Source of the DNA: Bacillus phage PBS1
Length of the DNA stretch: 32,000 bases
Reading direction: 5' to 3' (one strand)
Sequence record: NC_043027.1
The notes under the pieces are model-generated. The model searched no databases. It was not told where the DNA came from and saw only the letters and a list, made by a program, of their open reading frames with translations. Position 1 is the stretch's first letter. Every line of letters starts with the position of its first letter. The position numbers were made by a program, and so were the translations under genes. Below, in pieces: positions 10,012 to 20,815 of this stretch.

Positions 10012-10758
10012 TTGAAATATAATTTTTTAAAGAAAGTTGATAATAAAATAATTTTTGATGGTGAATATATGGAAGTTTATATTCCTAAAGACTATTTTTC
10101 AAAAGGAATTGCTAGTTATCATGGTGATATGGTGAATACATTAGGGGTTTTTAACTTTATGGTTTACACTCAACCAAAAGAATCCAAAAATAAAGGTGAG
10201 ATTCATCTATTAAAGCTTCCTATGGAAATAAAGTTTGAATTTACAACATACCATGATATATCTACTAAATTAAGAGCAGACTTAGATAAGGACGATTATA
10301 GAGTTTTTCAATTGGAAAAAGGCTCTGTATTCATTGATAATGTTATTAAAGAACAATCTGCTGAAAACAGTAAAAAATTTATTTACCTACTTCATGGTGG
10401 AAAATTACCTAAATCACTAAAGTACAGTGATATAATTGACTTATATCATGAAAGTATCTCTTTAAATAAAGTAAAATTAAATAACCCATCAGTAATATTT
10501 GAATTAATCATTGCTGAACTATGTCGCTATAGAAATAATACAGAAGTTCCATTTAGAATGATGATTGGTAAAGAGAATGCTAAAGTATCCGACTATGACT
10601 ATAATAATATAGCTCTTAAGAAATTACCTGCTATTAACTCAACATTTAATGCAATGACATTTGAAGATATTAACCAAGCCATTATATCTTCAATTCGTAA
10701 AACTCGTAATAATGAGAATGAAAATCCATCACCTGTAGAAAGAATAATTAAGTACTAA
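10012..10758 (+). CDS. Hypothetical structural protein (neck/tail completion candidate by position)
   Basis: 248-aa ORF between terL and tail sheath; AAAGGAG upstream; position-based inference only. Confidence 0.6.
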   Translation: MKYNFLKKVDNKIIFDGEYMEVYIPKDYFSKGIASYHGDMVNTLGVFNFMVYTQPKESKNKGEIHLLKLPMEIKFEFTTYHDISTKLRADLDKDDYRVFQLEKGSVFIDNVIKEQSAENSKKFIYLLHGGKLPKSLKYSDIIDLYHESISLNKVKLNNPSVIFELIIAELCRYRNNTEVPFRMMIGKENAKVSDYDYNNIALKKLPAINSTFNAMTFEDINQAIISSIRKTRNNENENPSPVERIIKY

Positions 10759-10823
10759 AATTTTCTTATTTGTAAAAGAACATTTAATTAATGAAATAAA
10801 GATTTCTGTAAAGGAGAGATAAA

Positions 10824-13787
10824 ATGGCTACTGAAGCTAGTACATCACAATCAATTTCTACTGGTACTGAAGTAAGTCCTACTTGGTTACACCCAAGCGT
10901 TACAAGTGTAATCAATAGTGAAGAGATCACTTATCAAAGTGGCTCTGGACAACAAAAAATGCTTTCTATCTTTACTTCTGAAAAAGGTGAAGATAATAAA
11001 CTAGTACTATATACTGATCCTGATGAATTTATTGCCAAAACTGGTAATCCAAATCTTAAAAAATATGGTCAATCAGCTTATAACATCATTAACTGGTTAA
11101 AGGCTGGTGGTGAAGTTTATGGTATGCGTGTAATGCCTGATAATGCAGGTTTTGCTCATGCATTCTTAAATGTTCTTTCTAAAGTTGATACTAAAAAAGT
11201 CAAGGATAAGGACGGTAATGCTGTTTCCTATAAAAATGTTACATTGAAACCAGCAGTTGCTTATTCAGATGTAAATAATGTATCTGAAACACTATTAAAT
11301 TATGAATTAAATAAAGATAGATCATCTGATGAGACTATTGATGGATTTAAGAATCACTTATTATTTGCAGTCTATCCTACAGGACGAGGAAGTGCATATA
11401 ATAACTTGGGATTCCGAATCACTCTAAATACTTCTTATGATGAACAACACGATTTCCGTGTTTATAACTTTGAAGTAATTAGATATGATGAATATAATAC
11501 CGCTAATATTATTGAAGGACCATTTTACGTATCTTTGAGTCCAGATGCTCTTTCTTCATCTAATGAAAGTATGTTTATTGAGGATGTAGTTAATAAATAT
11601 TCTACTCATTTAAGATGTATGTTTAATGAAGATGCTTTCCTTGATCTTTGTCGTACTATTAATCCAGATGTTTCTCCATCTAAGATTGATCCACTAACAG
11701 GTAAGACAAGAACTGTTCGAGGTGTAGTTGATACTTTCTATAGTAACATTACTAAGAAATTTGAAGATACACATATTTCTTTACACCGCTATGATACTAA
11801 TGGAAATGTTATGACTGATTCTAACGATAATCCAATCTTGAATATTATTGATGCTGGTGATCTAATTGAGCAATCAATTCTATTGGCAGATAACACTTAT
11901 CGTAAACGTATGTATGAAAGATATCTTGCTGGTATCGATTATATGAAACAAGTGTTCAATAGTATTGAGAATAATGATTATAATACAATCATTACTAAAT
12001 TGCTTTATACTCCTGATGGTGTAACTCCTGAATCTGGTTTAATCCCAGAAATGGTTGAAAAGCTAAATGGTTATCATACTACTATTCAAAACCTTGTAAC
12101 AGTATTTAATAGTAGTCATTTAGAATCAGATTTCAATCGGATTGTCACTGAGAATACTCTTGTTGAACAAGGCATTAAAGATATTATGAGTCTGATTGGT
12201 CAACTTCTAAGTTATCATAAAGCATTAGAAATGAGTTCAACAGTTCTTGATCTAGATGAGAAAGTTAATTCTGTTTACAATAAGTTAAATCTTAAAGAGA
12301 TTATTGATATCCGTGCAGTTTCTAAAAAAGATAAGATTAATGAAATTTCTGACACTATTCTTACTTTAAAAGGAACTGGTGATGAAGATGAACAAGCAAG
12401 TGCTTTAACCTCTATTCTTTCTGATGTTAAAACAACTATTGATTATCTTCTTATGATCATCAATGAAAATTCTCTATCTGCTACAGATATTAACCAAGCA
12501 GTAACTCGTTATAATGCAATCATTGATATGTATAATGCTATCTTTGATCCAATTGTATCTAATGATGCGGCTAAAACTATTCTTGCTAATATTTATAACA
12601 GTCTAGATGAATTAGTTGCAGATCTTTATAATATTTGTGAACTTGCTATCGTTAATATTGATTTACTTATTATTGATGATATTATTAGTAAGAAAATTGC
12701 AAATATTGTATCTGGTATTGTTCCTGTAACATATACTAATACTGAATTGTATGCACAAAAGGTTTCTACAACAGAAGGAAAAGCTGAACTATTATCTAGT
12801 ATTCGTAAGAATATTGATAACTCTACAGCTGTTGTAACTGTGATGAAATCTATTGTTTATACTACTCAGCTTCAAGACTTTAATTCCCCTGCCATTTTTA
12901 TGAATGGTAGTGATGGTGATCTTGATGAAAGTAATCCTTCACTTAAGAGTAAGACTATGTTAAGTCTTCTAGTTAAAGGATATCAAGGATTAATTGATGA
13001 TAGTGTTACTAATCGTAGAGTTGCCCCTTTCCAATTTGTATTAGATGCTAATTATCCAACGGATGTTAAGAATGCAATTGTTACATTAGCAAGAGATATC
13101 CGTAAAGATATTTTCTTCTATGCGGATTCTGGTATTCAAGCTAGTCCAGCAGATGCTATTAGTTGGAGAAATGCTTCTTTCAATGTATCTTCCCAATTCC
13201 TTGGAATTTATACTCAAGACTTCGTAGTTTATGATGAGTATAATGGAAGAGATATTAAAGTAACACCAACTTATTTCTTGGCTACTAAGATTCCTAGTGT
13301 TGCATCTCAATATGGATTACAATATCCAATTGCAGGTAACAAACGTGGTACAATTGATGGATTTAAGTCTATTAGTTATGTACCAAATGAATCCTATAAG
13401 GAACAATTATATACTCGTCAATTGAACTATGTAGAACATGATAGTAAACGTACTAAGTTTGGCAGTCAATTAACAGCTGATATGCAAAGAACTCCATTAT
13501 CTAATATCAATAACGCTATCATTGCTCTTGATATTAAACGTAATGTTGAGGAAATGGCTGAAGATTATCAATTCGAGTTTGAAGATGATGAAACTATCAG
13601 AACATTCCAGTACAATCTTAATGATTATCTATCTACCTACATTTCTAATAGAAGTTGTGATGAAATTTCTGCAACCGTATATGCATCTGATTATGATAAA
13701 ACTCAACAGATTCTTCGTGTTAAAATCACAGTTAAGTTTAAAGCGGTTGTTGAACGCATCGTAATTAGTATTGATGTAGTTAAGTAA
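10824..13787 (+). CDS. Tail sheath protein, unusually large (987 aa)
   Basis: N-terminal VTSVINSEEITYQSGSGQQKM..., YGMRVMPDNAGFAHA; C-terminal QLTADMQRTPLSNINNAIIALDIKRNVEEMAEDYQFEFEDDETIRTFQYNLNDYL..VKITVKFKAVVERIVISIDV typical of contractile sheaths; followed by tube gene. Confidence 0.8.
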   Translation: MATEASTSQSISTGTEVSPTWLHPSVTSVINSEEITYQSGSGQQKMLSIFTSEKGEDNKLVLYTDPDEFIAKTGNPNLKKYGQSAYNIINWLKAGGEVYGMRVMPDNAGFAHAFLNVLSKVDTKKVKDKDGNAVSYKNVTLKPAVAYSDVNNVSETLLNYELNKDRSSDETIDGFKNHLLFAVYPTGRGSAYNNLGFRITLNTSYDEQHDFRVYNFEVIRYDEYNTANIIEGPFYVSLSPDALSSSNESMFIEDVVNKYSTHLRCMFNEDAFLDLCRTINPDVSPSKIDPLTGKTRTVRGVVDTFYSNITKKFEDTHISLHRYDTNGNVMTDSNDNPILNIIDAGDLIEQSILLADNTYRKRMYERYLAGIDYMKQVFNSIENNDYNTIITKLLYTPDGVTPESGLIPEMVEKLNGYHTTIQNLVTVFNSSHLESDFNRIVTENTLVEQGIKDIMSLIGQLLSYHKALEMSSTVLDLDEKVNSVYNKLNLKEIIDIRAVSKKDKINEISDTILTLKGTGDEDEQASALTSILSDVKTTIDYLLMIINENSLSATDINQAVTRYNAIIDMYNAIFDPIVSNDAAKTILANIYNSLDELVADLYNICELAIVNIDLLIIDDIISKKIANIVSGIVPVTYTNTELYAQKVSTTEGKAELLSSIRKNIDNSTAVVTVMKSIVYTTQLQDFNSPAIFMNGSDGDLDESNPSLKSKTMLSLLVKGYQGLIDDSVTNRRVAPFQFVLDANYPTDVKNAIVTLARDIRKDIFFYADSGIQASPADAISWRNASFNVSSQFLGIYTQDFVVYDEYNGRDIKVTPTYFLATKIPSVASQYGLQYPIAGNKRGTIDGFKSISYVPNESYKEQLYTRQLNYVEHDSKRTKFGSQLTADMQRTPLSNINNAIIALDIKRNVEEMAEDYQFEFEDDETIRTFQYNLNDYLSTYISNRSCDEISATVYASDYDKTQQILRVKITVKFKAVVERIVISIDVVK

Positions 13788-13800
13788 TACAGTAATAATG

Positions 13801-13831
13801 TATAGTGTGAGGATAATTGCCTCACACTATA
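13801..13831 (+). terminator. Hairpin/terminator between sheath and tube
   Basis: TATAGTGTGAGG ... CCTCACACTATA. Confidence 0.6.
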
Positions 13832-13896
13832 CTATTTATAATAATTAAACATATTGATATAGAACTTTTATATTATGAGAGAAAGGTGAATGATTA

Positions 13897-14694
13897 ATGA
13901 TTAAACAAGGTAACGTTAGAGTTTTTGACTCTTCACTGGCGCAACAGCAATCATTCTTCACTGGTGGCTTAAATCTCAAACAACTAGCTTTTGACCCATT
14001 GGTTACTGGTTATGCGTTTATTGTTTGGACTAAATTACCAAAATGGATTGTCCAAGAATATCCGGGATTCAAAGCTATGACAGAGAAGAACTTTAAAGGA
14101 TTCACTGGTCTAGAAGATATGGAACTTCAGACACAACAATACCAATATGGTTTTGCTAACAATGATTATAACGTTGCGGCTGGTATTACTAAAAATAACA
14201 CTGAATTCACTCTTCGTCATCAAGAGTATTCTGGTAGTCCTATTAAAAATATGTATCAGTTCTGGGTTTCTTCTATTTCAGATCCAGAGACAGGTATTGC
14301 AACATATCCAAAAGTATATGGTATGGAGTATGCGGCTAAAAACCATACTGGTGAGTTAATGTATATTGTTACACGTCCTGACGTTAATAATACTGAAAAG
14401 AGAAATATTGAACAGGCTGTTTATTATACTAATGTAATGCCTAAACGTATTCCATTATCTCATTTTGATTATACTCAAGGTGAACATAACCTAGTTGAGC
14501 TTGAAATTCCATTTAGTGGTAATATGCATATTTCTTCTAAAGTAGATAACTATGCTAAGAAACTTCTTGCTACTACTTACTCCTTTGTTACTGCTGGTCT
14601 ATTTGATCCAGAAAAAGCTAATGTTGGTGGACGTTATCTTTCTGAATTTAATAATAGTGCTGGTAGCGTACAACAAGGTCTTGGTGATATTTAA
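13897..14694 (+). CDS. Tail tube protein
   Basis: 265-aa ORF after sheath; LPKWIVQEYPGFKAMTEKNFKGFTGLEDMELQTQQYQYGFANNDYNVAAGITKNNTEFTLRHQEYSGSPIKNMYQFWVSSI. Confidence 0.75.
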   Translation: MIKQGNVRVFDSSLAQQQSFFTGGLNLKQLAFDPLVTGYAFIVWTKLPKWIVQEYPGFKAMTEKNFKGFTGLEDMELQTQQYQYGFANNDYNVAAGITKNNTEFTLRHQEYSGSPIKNMYQFWVSSISDPETGIATYPKVYGMEYAAKNHTGELMYIVTRPDVNNTEKRNIEQAVYYTNVMPKRIPLSHFDYTQGEHNLVELEIPFSGNMHISSKVDNYAKKLLATTYSFVTAGLFDPEKANVGGRYLSEFNNSAGSVQQGLGDI

Positions 14695-14700
14695 TAATAA

Positions 14701-14738
14701 AATAAAAGCATATATCTTAATTGATATATGCTTTTATT
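14701..14738. terminator. Bidirectional terminator at convergent tube/portal genes
   Basis: AATAAAAGCATATATC-ttaatt-GATATATGCTTTTATT. Confidence 0.9.
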
Positions 14739-14745
14739 CTTTAAA

Positions 14746-16941
14746 TTAGAATCCTCCTCCTAAGTCTCCTCCATCACCTTCAGAATTATTTGTCTTAAGG
14801 GCACTTTCAGTAGAATCCATTAGAGCATCTTCGTATAATCTATCCATTAGATCCCAATCAATATTTGGAATCATTTGTCTAACAATTTTCTTCTTAAAAC
14901 TAGTCTTTTTAGATGTATCTGCATCTGTTTCGTCTATATAGGAAGATGTAATAAAATCAACCGTTTGACTAGCATTAGAAATCTGATCATTAATATTAGT
15001 CAGATTAAGGGATATTGGGGGTGGAAATAGTACTTCAATATCATTAACATCAATATAATCTTGACTATCTTTTTTCTTCTTTTCATTATCTTTATCTTTT
15101 CTATTATCATTTAAATGATATTCATTGCGATATAATATTCTAATTAATTCTGAAAAGCTCTCAGAGAATGATGCTTGATCTGATACAATAGTTCTTACAA
15201 ATGTAGAGTTTTGCATAACAAGTGATCTAGCAAAATCAACATCTTGAGAAGCATCAATATAGTTAGCAGGTACTCCTGTACCATTTACTGCTGACTTTAA
15301 TAAGAATTGAAGGAAATCACTATCTGCGTCCACATCCATACCACTCAATGTATCAAAGTCTAAAGGTTTTTCTCCATCTATAAGAGGAATATAGTAGTCA
15401 TCAAATACTCCAATACTATTTAGAATTGTAGAAACACTTTTTAAAATATCTGTCTGAATTTCTTTTGACTTAATATCTTTAACTACTCCTTGAATAGCAC
15501 CTTCAATATCTGCGTCTAATCCAGTTTCAACATACACCAAACGTTTATCCCTACCACGAGAGATCTTTTGCATTAATTCTGTAATCAAAGTAGCAAGATA
15601 TAATTTAGCAAAGAACAGACTTCTTGCTAATTTTGATTGTCCATATAATTCATCACTATCAGTCATAAAATGTACTACCTCATCTGGTGCTAGGTAGGTA
15701 ATCTTAACTTTCTTTTCAGTGATATATTTTTCCTTTAATAACGCATAGATATAGTCTTTGAATTCTTTATTATCTTTAATGAATTCATTATCTATCTTTT
15801 TTGAAATCCCTTTAATAAACACATTGGCAATAATTTCTTCTCTATCCTTATGATTTGATTGCTCAATATCTACTCTTGAATTGAAGAAATCACTAATTGC
15901 TGTTGTACCTGAACCCTGTGTTGCAATCTCATCAGTCTTTTCAATATGAATATAACCAAAATTTATTCCATCTACTTCGAGTTTAATAACATTCTCAGGT
16001 GAAAGCATTCTTATAATAGAACCCTTAATACCAAAATGTGTAAACTCATCCTCATCATTTTCCTTATTTTTCTTTTTATTTAATTGAGATAATCCATCCG
16101 CAGATAAGTTAAGTAAAGATTTTCTTGGATCATCTTCATAATCAATATTATTATTTATAACACTTGAGATTTCTGATTTAATCTGATTATAATTATACTC
16201 TGATTTCTCATTCAAATTAGTTTCGAATAGCATTTTTAAATCTTTATCATCAATATCTTCTTTCATGATAAATCTAGAATTTTGCTGTTCCTCATTATTT
16301 GAATTAAATAAATCCTTATTATCTTCTGTTAATAGCATTTTATTAAATTCTTCATCATACTTTAATACTGCAACAAAATAATCACCAAGCGTTAATGTTT
16401 TTCTTATAATATTCTTTGCTCTCTTATTTAATTTATACTTTTTAACGAGGAAGTTAGTATTCTTTATAACATCGTTACTTAATTCATCTTTTACTTTATC
16501 TGATTTATAACGGATATTTAAAGAGTCTTTAGTCAAATCATCTGGTGACATGATACTATCTCTATAAACATTAATACACTCAGCTAATTGAGGAATATAA
16601 GAGTAGATAATACTATAATCACTATATCTAGAGATTCTTTCTTTTTCAAAACCCATTAATTGTGATAAATTCTCTTTGGATAAGACTTTTTCTAACTGAC
16701 CTTTATCAAATTTCTTCTTAGGTTTTTCTCCACTCATATTAGCATCATTATTAAATTCAGATGCATTTAGAAAGTCCATCATATTTGGAGTAGTATAAGA
16801 TTTATTTTGATCTATAATCTTATTAATAGAGTTAGATATTTCTTTTGTATCGTTCTCGAAATTATCAGATGTATCAGTACCAAAGATCTGATTATTTATC
16901 TTATGTTCTAAACCATCAATTTTTCCTCTTGGATCTGCCAT
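14746..16941 (-). CDS. Portal protein (T4 gp20-like)
   Basis: 731 aa; VEVDGINFGYIHIEKTDE, LAPDEVVHFMTDSDELYGQSKLARSLFFAKLYLATLITELMQKISRGRDKRLVYVETG, NGTGVPANYIDASQDVDFARSLVMQNSTFVRTIV. Confidence 0.85.
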   Translation of the reverse strand: MADPRGKIDGLEHKINNQIFGTDTSDNFENDTKEISNSINKIIDQNKSYTTPNMMDFLNASEFNNDANMSGEKPKKKFDKGQLEKVLSKENLSQLMGFEKERISRYSDYSIIYSYIPQLAECINVYRDSIMSPDDLTKDSLNIRYKSDKVKDELSNDVIKNTNFLVKKYKLNKRAKNIIRKTLTLGDYFVAVLKYDEEFNKMLLTEDNKDLFNSNNEEQQNSRFIMKEDIDDKDLKMLFETNLNEKSEYNYNQIKSEISSVINNNIDYEDDPRKSLLNLSADGLSQLNKKKNKENDEDEFTHFGIKGSIIRMLSPENVIKLEVDGINFGYIHIEKTDEIATQGSGTTAISDFFNSRVDIEQSNHKDREEIIANVFIKGISKKIDNEFIKDNKEFKDYIYALLKEKYITEKKVKITYLAPDEVVHFMTDSDELYGQSKLARSLFFAKLYLATLITELMQKISRGRDKRLVYVETGLDADIEGAIQGVVKDIKSKEIQTDILKSVSTILNSIGVFDDYYIPLIDGEKPLDFDTLSGMDVDADSDFLQFLLKSAVNGTGVPANYIDASQDVDFARSLVMQNSTFVRTIVSDQASFSESFSELIRILYRNEYHLNDNRKDKDNEKKKKDSQDYIDVNDIEVLFPPPISLNLTNINDQISNASQTVDFITSSYIDETDADTSKKTSFKKKIVRQMIPNIDWDLMDRLYEDALMDSTESALKTNNSEGDGGDLGGGF

Positions 16942-17027
16942 TTCATCACCTTTTTCTATTTCAACATTATAATTAAATGTTTTTCTTTATGAAAAAAATA
17001 AAAAAAAATAAAGCATGTAAACATGCT

Positions 17028-17795
17028 TTATTCTGCTATATCAGTAATAAGTATATACTGTTTTACCTCAATATTATTTGAAGGAACAATAATCTCGATA
17101 ATATAGAGATTTTCATCTGAATTATAATCATATAATTTAAAATAGATATCTTGTTTAGATGTCTTAGTACCTTTGAATCCAACTAAAAATTTCTTATTAT
17201 AAATTATTCTAATATAGCTATCATCATCTTCTAATTTTTCATCTATAGTACAATTACCAGTATTAGGGTAGAAATAAATAGAAAATGGTGAATTCTTATA
17301 TTCTTTTATTACCTCGGTTTGATCACTATTTAATTGAAATTCTCCTAATAACTTATAGTTTTCTATCTTAAATCTATTAGAATCATCAATGAATTCATAT
17401 TTTTGTTCTACTAAAGGAACGTCAGTGTTAAATTCAATATAATTATTATCTATTCTTACTTCAGTTATATTATTCTTATATTCTTTAAAAAAGGCATAAT
17501 AATCAGATCCCCTAATGGAAAATCTACAATTATTAATTATATCTTCTAAAAATGCATTCTTTTTAGAATAGACAGGATAAGCAGTAATATAAGGAGTTAG
17601 TTGTTCATGACCATTAGCAATTATAACTCCATTAATGTAGTTATAATGTTCCCTGCTATTATGTACCTTTTTCATATATTGATTAAGATCATTAAGCAGT
17701 TTACAAAATTCTTTAACCTCATTCGCATCAGATAATACAATCATATTATCACTCCTATTATAATGATTCCAGTAGAATTTATCTACTGGAATCAC
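17028..17795 (-). CDS. Hypothetical protein
   Basis: 255-aa ORF. Confidence 0.6.
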   Translation of the reverse strand: MIPVDKFYWNHYNRSDNMIVLSDANEVKEFCKLLNDLNQYMKKVHNSREHYNYINGVIIANGHEQLTPYITAYPVYSKKNAFLEDIINNCRFSIRGSDYYAFFKEYKNNITEVRIDNNYIEFNTDVPLVEQKYEFIDDSNRFKIENYKLLGEFQLNSDQTEVIKEYKNSPFSIYFYPNTGNCTIDEKLEDDDSYIRIIYNKKFLVGFKGTKTSKQDIYFKLYDYNSDENLYIIEIIVPSNNIEVKQYILITDIAE

Positions 17796-17851
17796 ATTTA
17801 TTTATCTTTCCACTGATTTAATAACAATTTCCCTTTTTCATAATATATCCC

Positions 17852-18088
17852 TCATTTACTTGTTATCTGTTCTTTATTTTTAACTTGAGATTTCTTTAGA
17901 CGCTTATTTTGGTGTTCTAATAAGTTATTATAACTGTTAATCCTAATGTTCTCATTTGATAAGTATTCAGTTTTTGTCCGTTCTTCATTATATTTATCCA
18001 TTAAACTTCGATATTTATATAATAACGAAAAAGCAGCAATATTAACTATCACAAATTCCACTCCTAGAAATACCTTAATAATATCCAA
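17852..18088 (-). CDS. Small protein with N-terminal transmembrane segment and coiled coil
   Basis: VFLGVEFVIVNIAAFSLLYKYRS then charged helix. Confidence 0.55.
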   Translation of the reverse strand: MDIIKVFLGVEFVIVNIAAFSLLYKYRSLMDKYNEERTKTEYLSNENIRINSYNNLLEHQNKRLKKSQVKNKEQITSK

Positions 18089-18101
18089 TATTATATCCCC
18101 T

Positions 18102-18695
18102 TTAGTGTTTTTTACTAACTAATGCTCTCTTATTAATTACCTTTCTATGATAAGCACTATTAAGTTTGTAATAACATTCTTTAATTACTTTAGCATCATG
18201 GAGTGCATTATGTTTATTTTCACTAAATGGTAATCCAATATATTCTTCTCGATTAATATCAGGATCAATGTCTAGGATTTTAAATAGAGTACAAATATCG
18301 AAAGGAATATAATTAATATTATCTGGAATGTCGAAAGCACTACCAAATAAATTATTAAATAATATCCAATCATAAGATAAACAATCAGACCACATGTCAA
18401 TGTAATCAAACTGTTCTAACCATGTTTCTAATGCTTCTTTAATTTCTTTAGAATTTCCTTTCATTGTTACAGTGTAATCATCTCTATTAGACTTAAAATT
18501 ATTAAATTGATTATAATCATTGTATAGTAATTTATCAATAACATTTTCCTGTAACCATTCATCTACTTGATCTTTGTTATAATCATTAAATTCAGCATAA
18601 AAAGATCTTCCATTTTCAGCAACTAATCCAATACTAATAAGACTGGTCTCCTGATGAAGACCAGTAAATTCTGTATCAAAGAAAATTTTTGCCAT
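18102..18695 (-). CDS. DnaQ-like 3'-5' exonuclease
   Basis: IFFDTEFTGL (motif I DxE), SYDWILF, NALHDAKVIKECY (motif III). Confidence 0.8.
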   Translation of the reverse strand: MAKIFFDTEFTGLHQETSLISIGLVAENGRSFYAEFNDYNKDQVDEWLQENVIDKLLYNDYNQFNNFKSNRDDYTVTMKGNSKEIKEALETWLEQFDYIDMWSDCLSYDWILFNNLFGSAFDIPDNINYIPFDICTLFKILDIDPDINREEYIGLPFSENKHNALHDAKVIKECYYKLNSAYHRKVINKRALVSKKH

Positions 18696-18708
18696 TTATA
18701 TCTCTCCC

Positions 18709-20373
18709 TTAAGATACTTGTAATTGTTTTTGCTGTTTTAATTTTTGAATTAAATCACTTGTTGTTGGCAAATTATGCCATTTATTACCAAAATTAATAT
18801 AGTCCTTACTTGAATAATCATCAACATATTCTTTTGATATATCATTGCCATCTTCTTCAATAATGACTCTTCCATAACATGTTTCAGGAGAGATATTAAA
18901 TGCTTGAATAATTGATGGATATAGAGAGCTTAAATCAAAGTCGATACAATTCTCAAATAGGAATTTAGATTTTTCCCCTAATAACTCAATACCAATATTA
19001 TCAATATTATTTGGATTAGCTACAAACGCACCTTTAATTTTTCCCTCAGTTTGCTCTCTAATTTTTGCTCTATTATTAGAGATATAAACTCCTTTTTCAC
19101 GATAGAATTTAGAAGCAAGATTTCGTAAACAAATTGTTTTCTTCATTGCTTTCTCAATACGTGTTTCAGTTAACATTGCTACTGAATAGATTGCATCAAC
19201 ATCTCTATTCTTTTCTTCCATCATCATCATCATAACAGTATCTTGAATATTATAAAACATAAATTTCTTATAATCGGTAATATGGAAAGTTTTAAATCCT
19301 TCTTCCATTACATCTTTTGTTAGACCTACTTCTTTTTCCCCAATATAGTCCAAACTATAAGACTCTTCTTTACCCATACCTTTTCTTAAGTTAGCATAGA
19401 GGTTCATTGCATCTAGATATACTGAATAAGATGTAACATTCATTTCATTACCATTATCAGATGGATCTTGGTTAAATGTATCTTTTCTATAGCTAACTCT
19501 CTTATATTTAAATTCTTTTGGACACATAATATCTTCTGGATTATATCCTAATCTCATAATTCTATTCATTAAATAAGGATTATCGAATCCATGTCCATTC
19601 CAAGCTAATACAAAATCAGGTTTAATTTCAATATTAATAAGATCGTAGAATCGTTTTATCATATGAATCTCACTTTCCCATTCTTCAATGATAAAATTCA
19701 TCTTTCTACCTTTTAAGATCTTTTTATATCTTTCTTCTAGTTCACTCTTAATACTATCTAGGTTACTCATTGTTTCTACATAAGTATCATGATTATATTT
19801 TAAGCAAAGTGTATAACAATTAAGATTATCCATATCAATAAGTGTCATAATATTTACTGGTGCTTCAGCTTCTTCTGGTTCAGGGAATCCAACAATTTTC
19901 TCAATATCAACCTCTATATCGTATACCACTTTAGTTAAACCGAAGTTATTTTTATCGACTGGGTGTTTCTTTAAAAATTGAGAAATATAATAATCTTGAA
20001 TGTTTACATCTGAACCATGTAAACGATAGTCTAAATGAATTCGATTTAATTTCTTTCCAATTCCATAGCCGCCAGATTTTATTGTATCCCAGAAATAATT
20101 TGTAAGATTCTGATCATTTAATGTAGTGATAATTGACTTATATAAATCTTTCGCATAACATTTGATTGGAAGTACCTTATCTTTTTCAATGTAGTTTCTT
20201 AGTTTTCCATCCCAATATTGTGGTTTTGTAATGTAATATTCAATGACTGGTTTTTCAATTGTTTCACAACGCTTATTACCATTTTCATCTTTAACAATAA
20301 ATAGTACCTTATCAAAACCATCTTTACTTTTTCTATCTGGATAAAAATAATGTGTGTTAATCATCTGAACCAT
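18709..20373 (-). CDS. Family B DNA polymerase, N-terminal/exonuclease part through motif A; C-terminal polymerase motifs B and C absent
   Basis: VVYDIEVDIE (exo I), LAWNGHGFDNPYLMNRI (exo II), FMFYNIQDTVMMMMMEE (exo III), CIDFDLSSLYPSIIQAFNISPETCYG (motif A); stops soon after. Confidence 0.85.
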   Translation of the reverse strand: MVQMINTHYFYPDRKSKDGFDKVLFIVKDENGNKRCETIEKPVIEYYITKPQYWDGKLRNYIEKDKVLPIKCYAKDLYKSIITTLNDQNLTNYFWDTIKSGGYGIGKKLNRIHLDYRLHGSDVNIQDYYISQFLKKHPVDKNNFGLTKVVYDIEVDIEKIVGFPEPEEAEAPVNIMTLIDMDNLNCYTLCLKYNHDTYVETMSNLDSIKSELEERYKKILKGRKMNFIIEEWESEIHMIKRFYDLINIEIKPDFVLAWNGHGFDNPYLMNRIMRLGYNPEDIMCPKEFKYKRVSYRKDTFNQDPSDNGNEMNVTSYSVYLDAMNLYANLRKGMGKEESYSLDYIGEKEVGLTKDVMEEGFKTFHITDYKKFMFYNIQDTVMMMMMEEKNRDVDAIYSVAMLTETRIEKAMKKTICLRNLASKFYREKGVYISNNRAKIREQTEGKIKGAFVANPNNIDNIGIELLGEKSKFLFENCIDFDLSSLYPSIIQAFNISPETCYGRVIIEEDGNDISKEYVDDYSSKDYINFGNKWHNLPTTSDLIQKLKQQKQLQVS

Positions 20374-20491
20374 AAATTTATAACCTCCTCAATATTCATC
20401 AATAATTTAGTTTTCCATTTTTATAAAAAGTTAGGCTAAATCACTATATTCTTCCTTTCTATTTATGTAATCATTTATATAATATATATTT

Positions 20492-20530
20492 AAAGTGGTT
20501 ATGTGAATTTAATATCCACATAACCACTTT
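20492..20530 (-). terminator. Terminator downstream of 20534..20788
   Basis: AAAGTGGTTATGTG ... CACATAACCACTTT. Confidence 0.75.
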
Positions 20531-20533
20531 TTA

Positions 20534-20788
20534 TTATCTAGTATTTACTTTATTAGCCTTTAGTTTAATTAATTTTAATTTTCCGTCTGAAAATTCTACA
20601 GTCATCTTATCAGTTTCACCATTACTGTTGACTTTAATAATATTTTTAATACTATATCCATAAGTAGTAGCATTACTTACTTCATTAATTACCTCTTCCT
20701 CTGATTTTGCTTGGTTGAAGTATATTTCATCATTTTCATCTTTACTAATTACTATAAAGCTATTCTTTTCAATTTTTTCTTTATTCAT
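20534..20788 (-). CDS. Small hypothetical protein
   Basis: 84-aa ORF. Confidence 0.6.
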   Translation of the reverse strand: MNKEKIEKNSFIVISKDENDEIYFNQAKSEEEVINEVSNATTYGYSIKNIIKVNSNGETDKMTVEFSDGKLKLIKLKANKVNTR

Positions 20789-20815
20789 TTTATCTTCATC
20801 CTTTGATAAATTATT

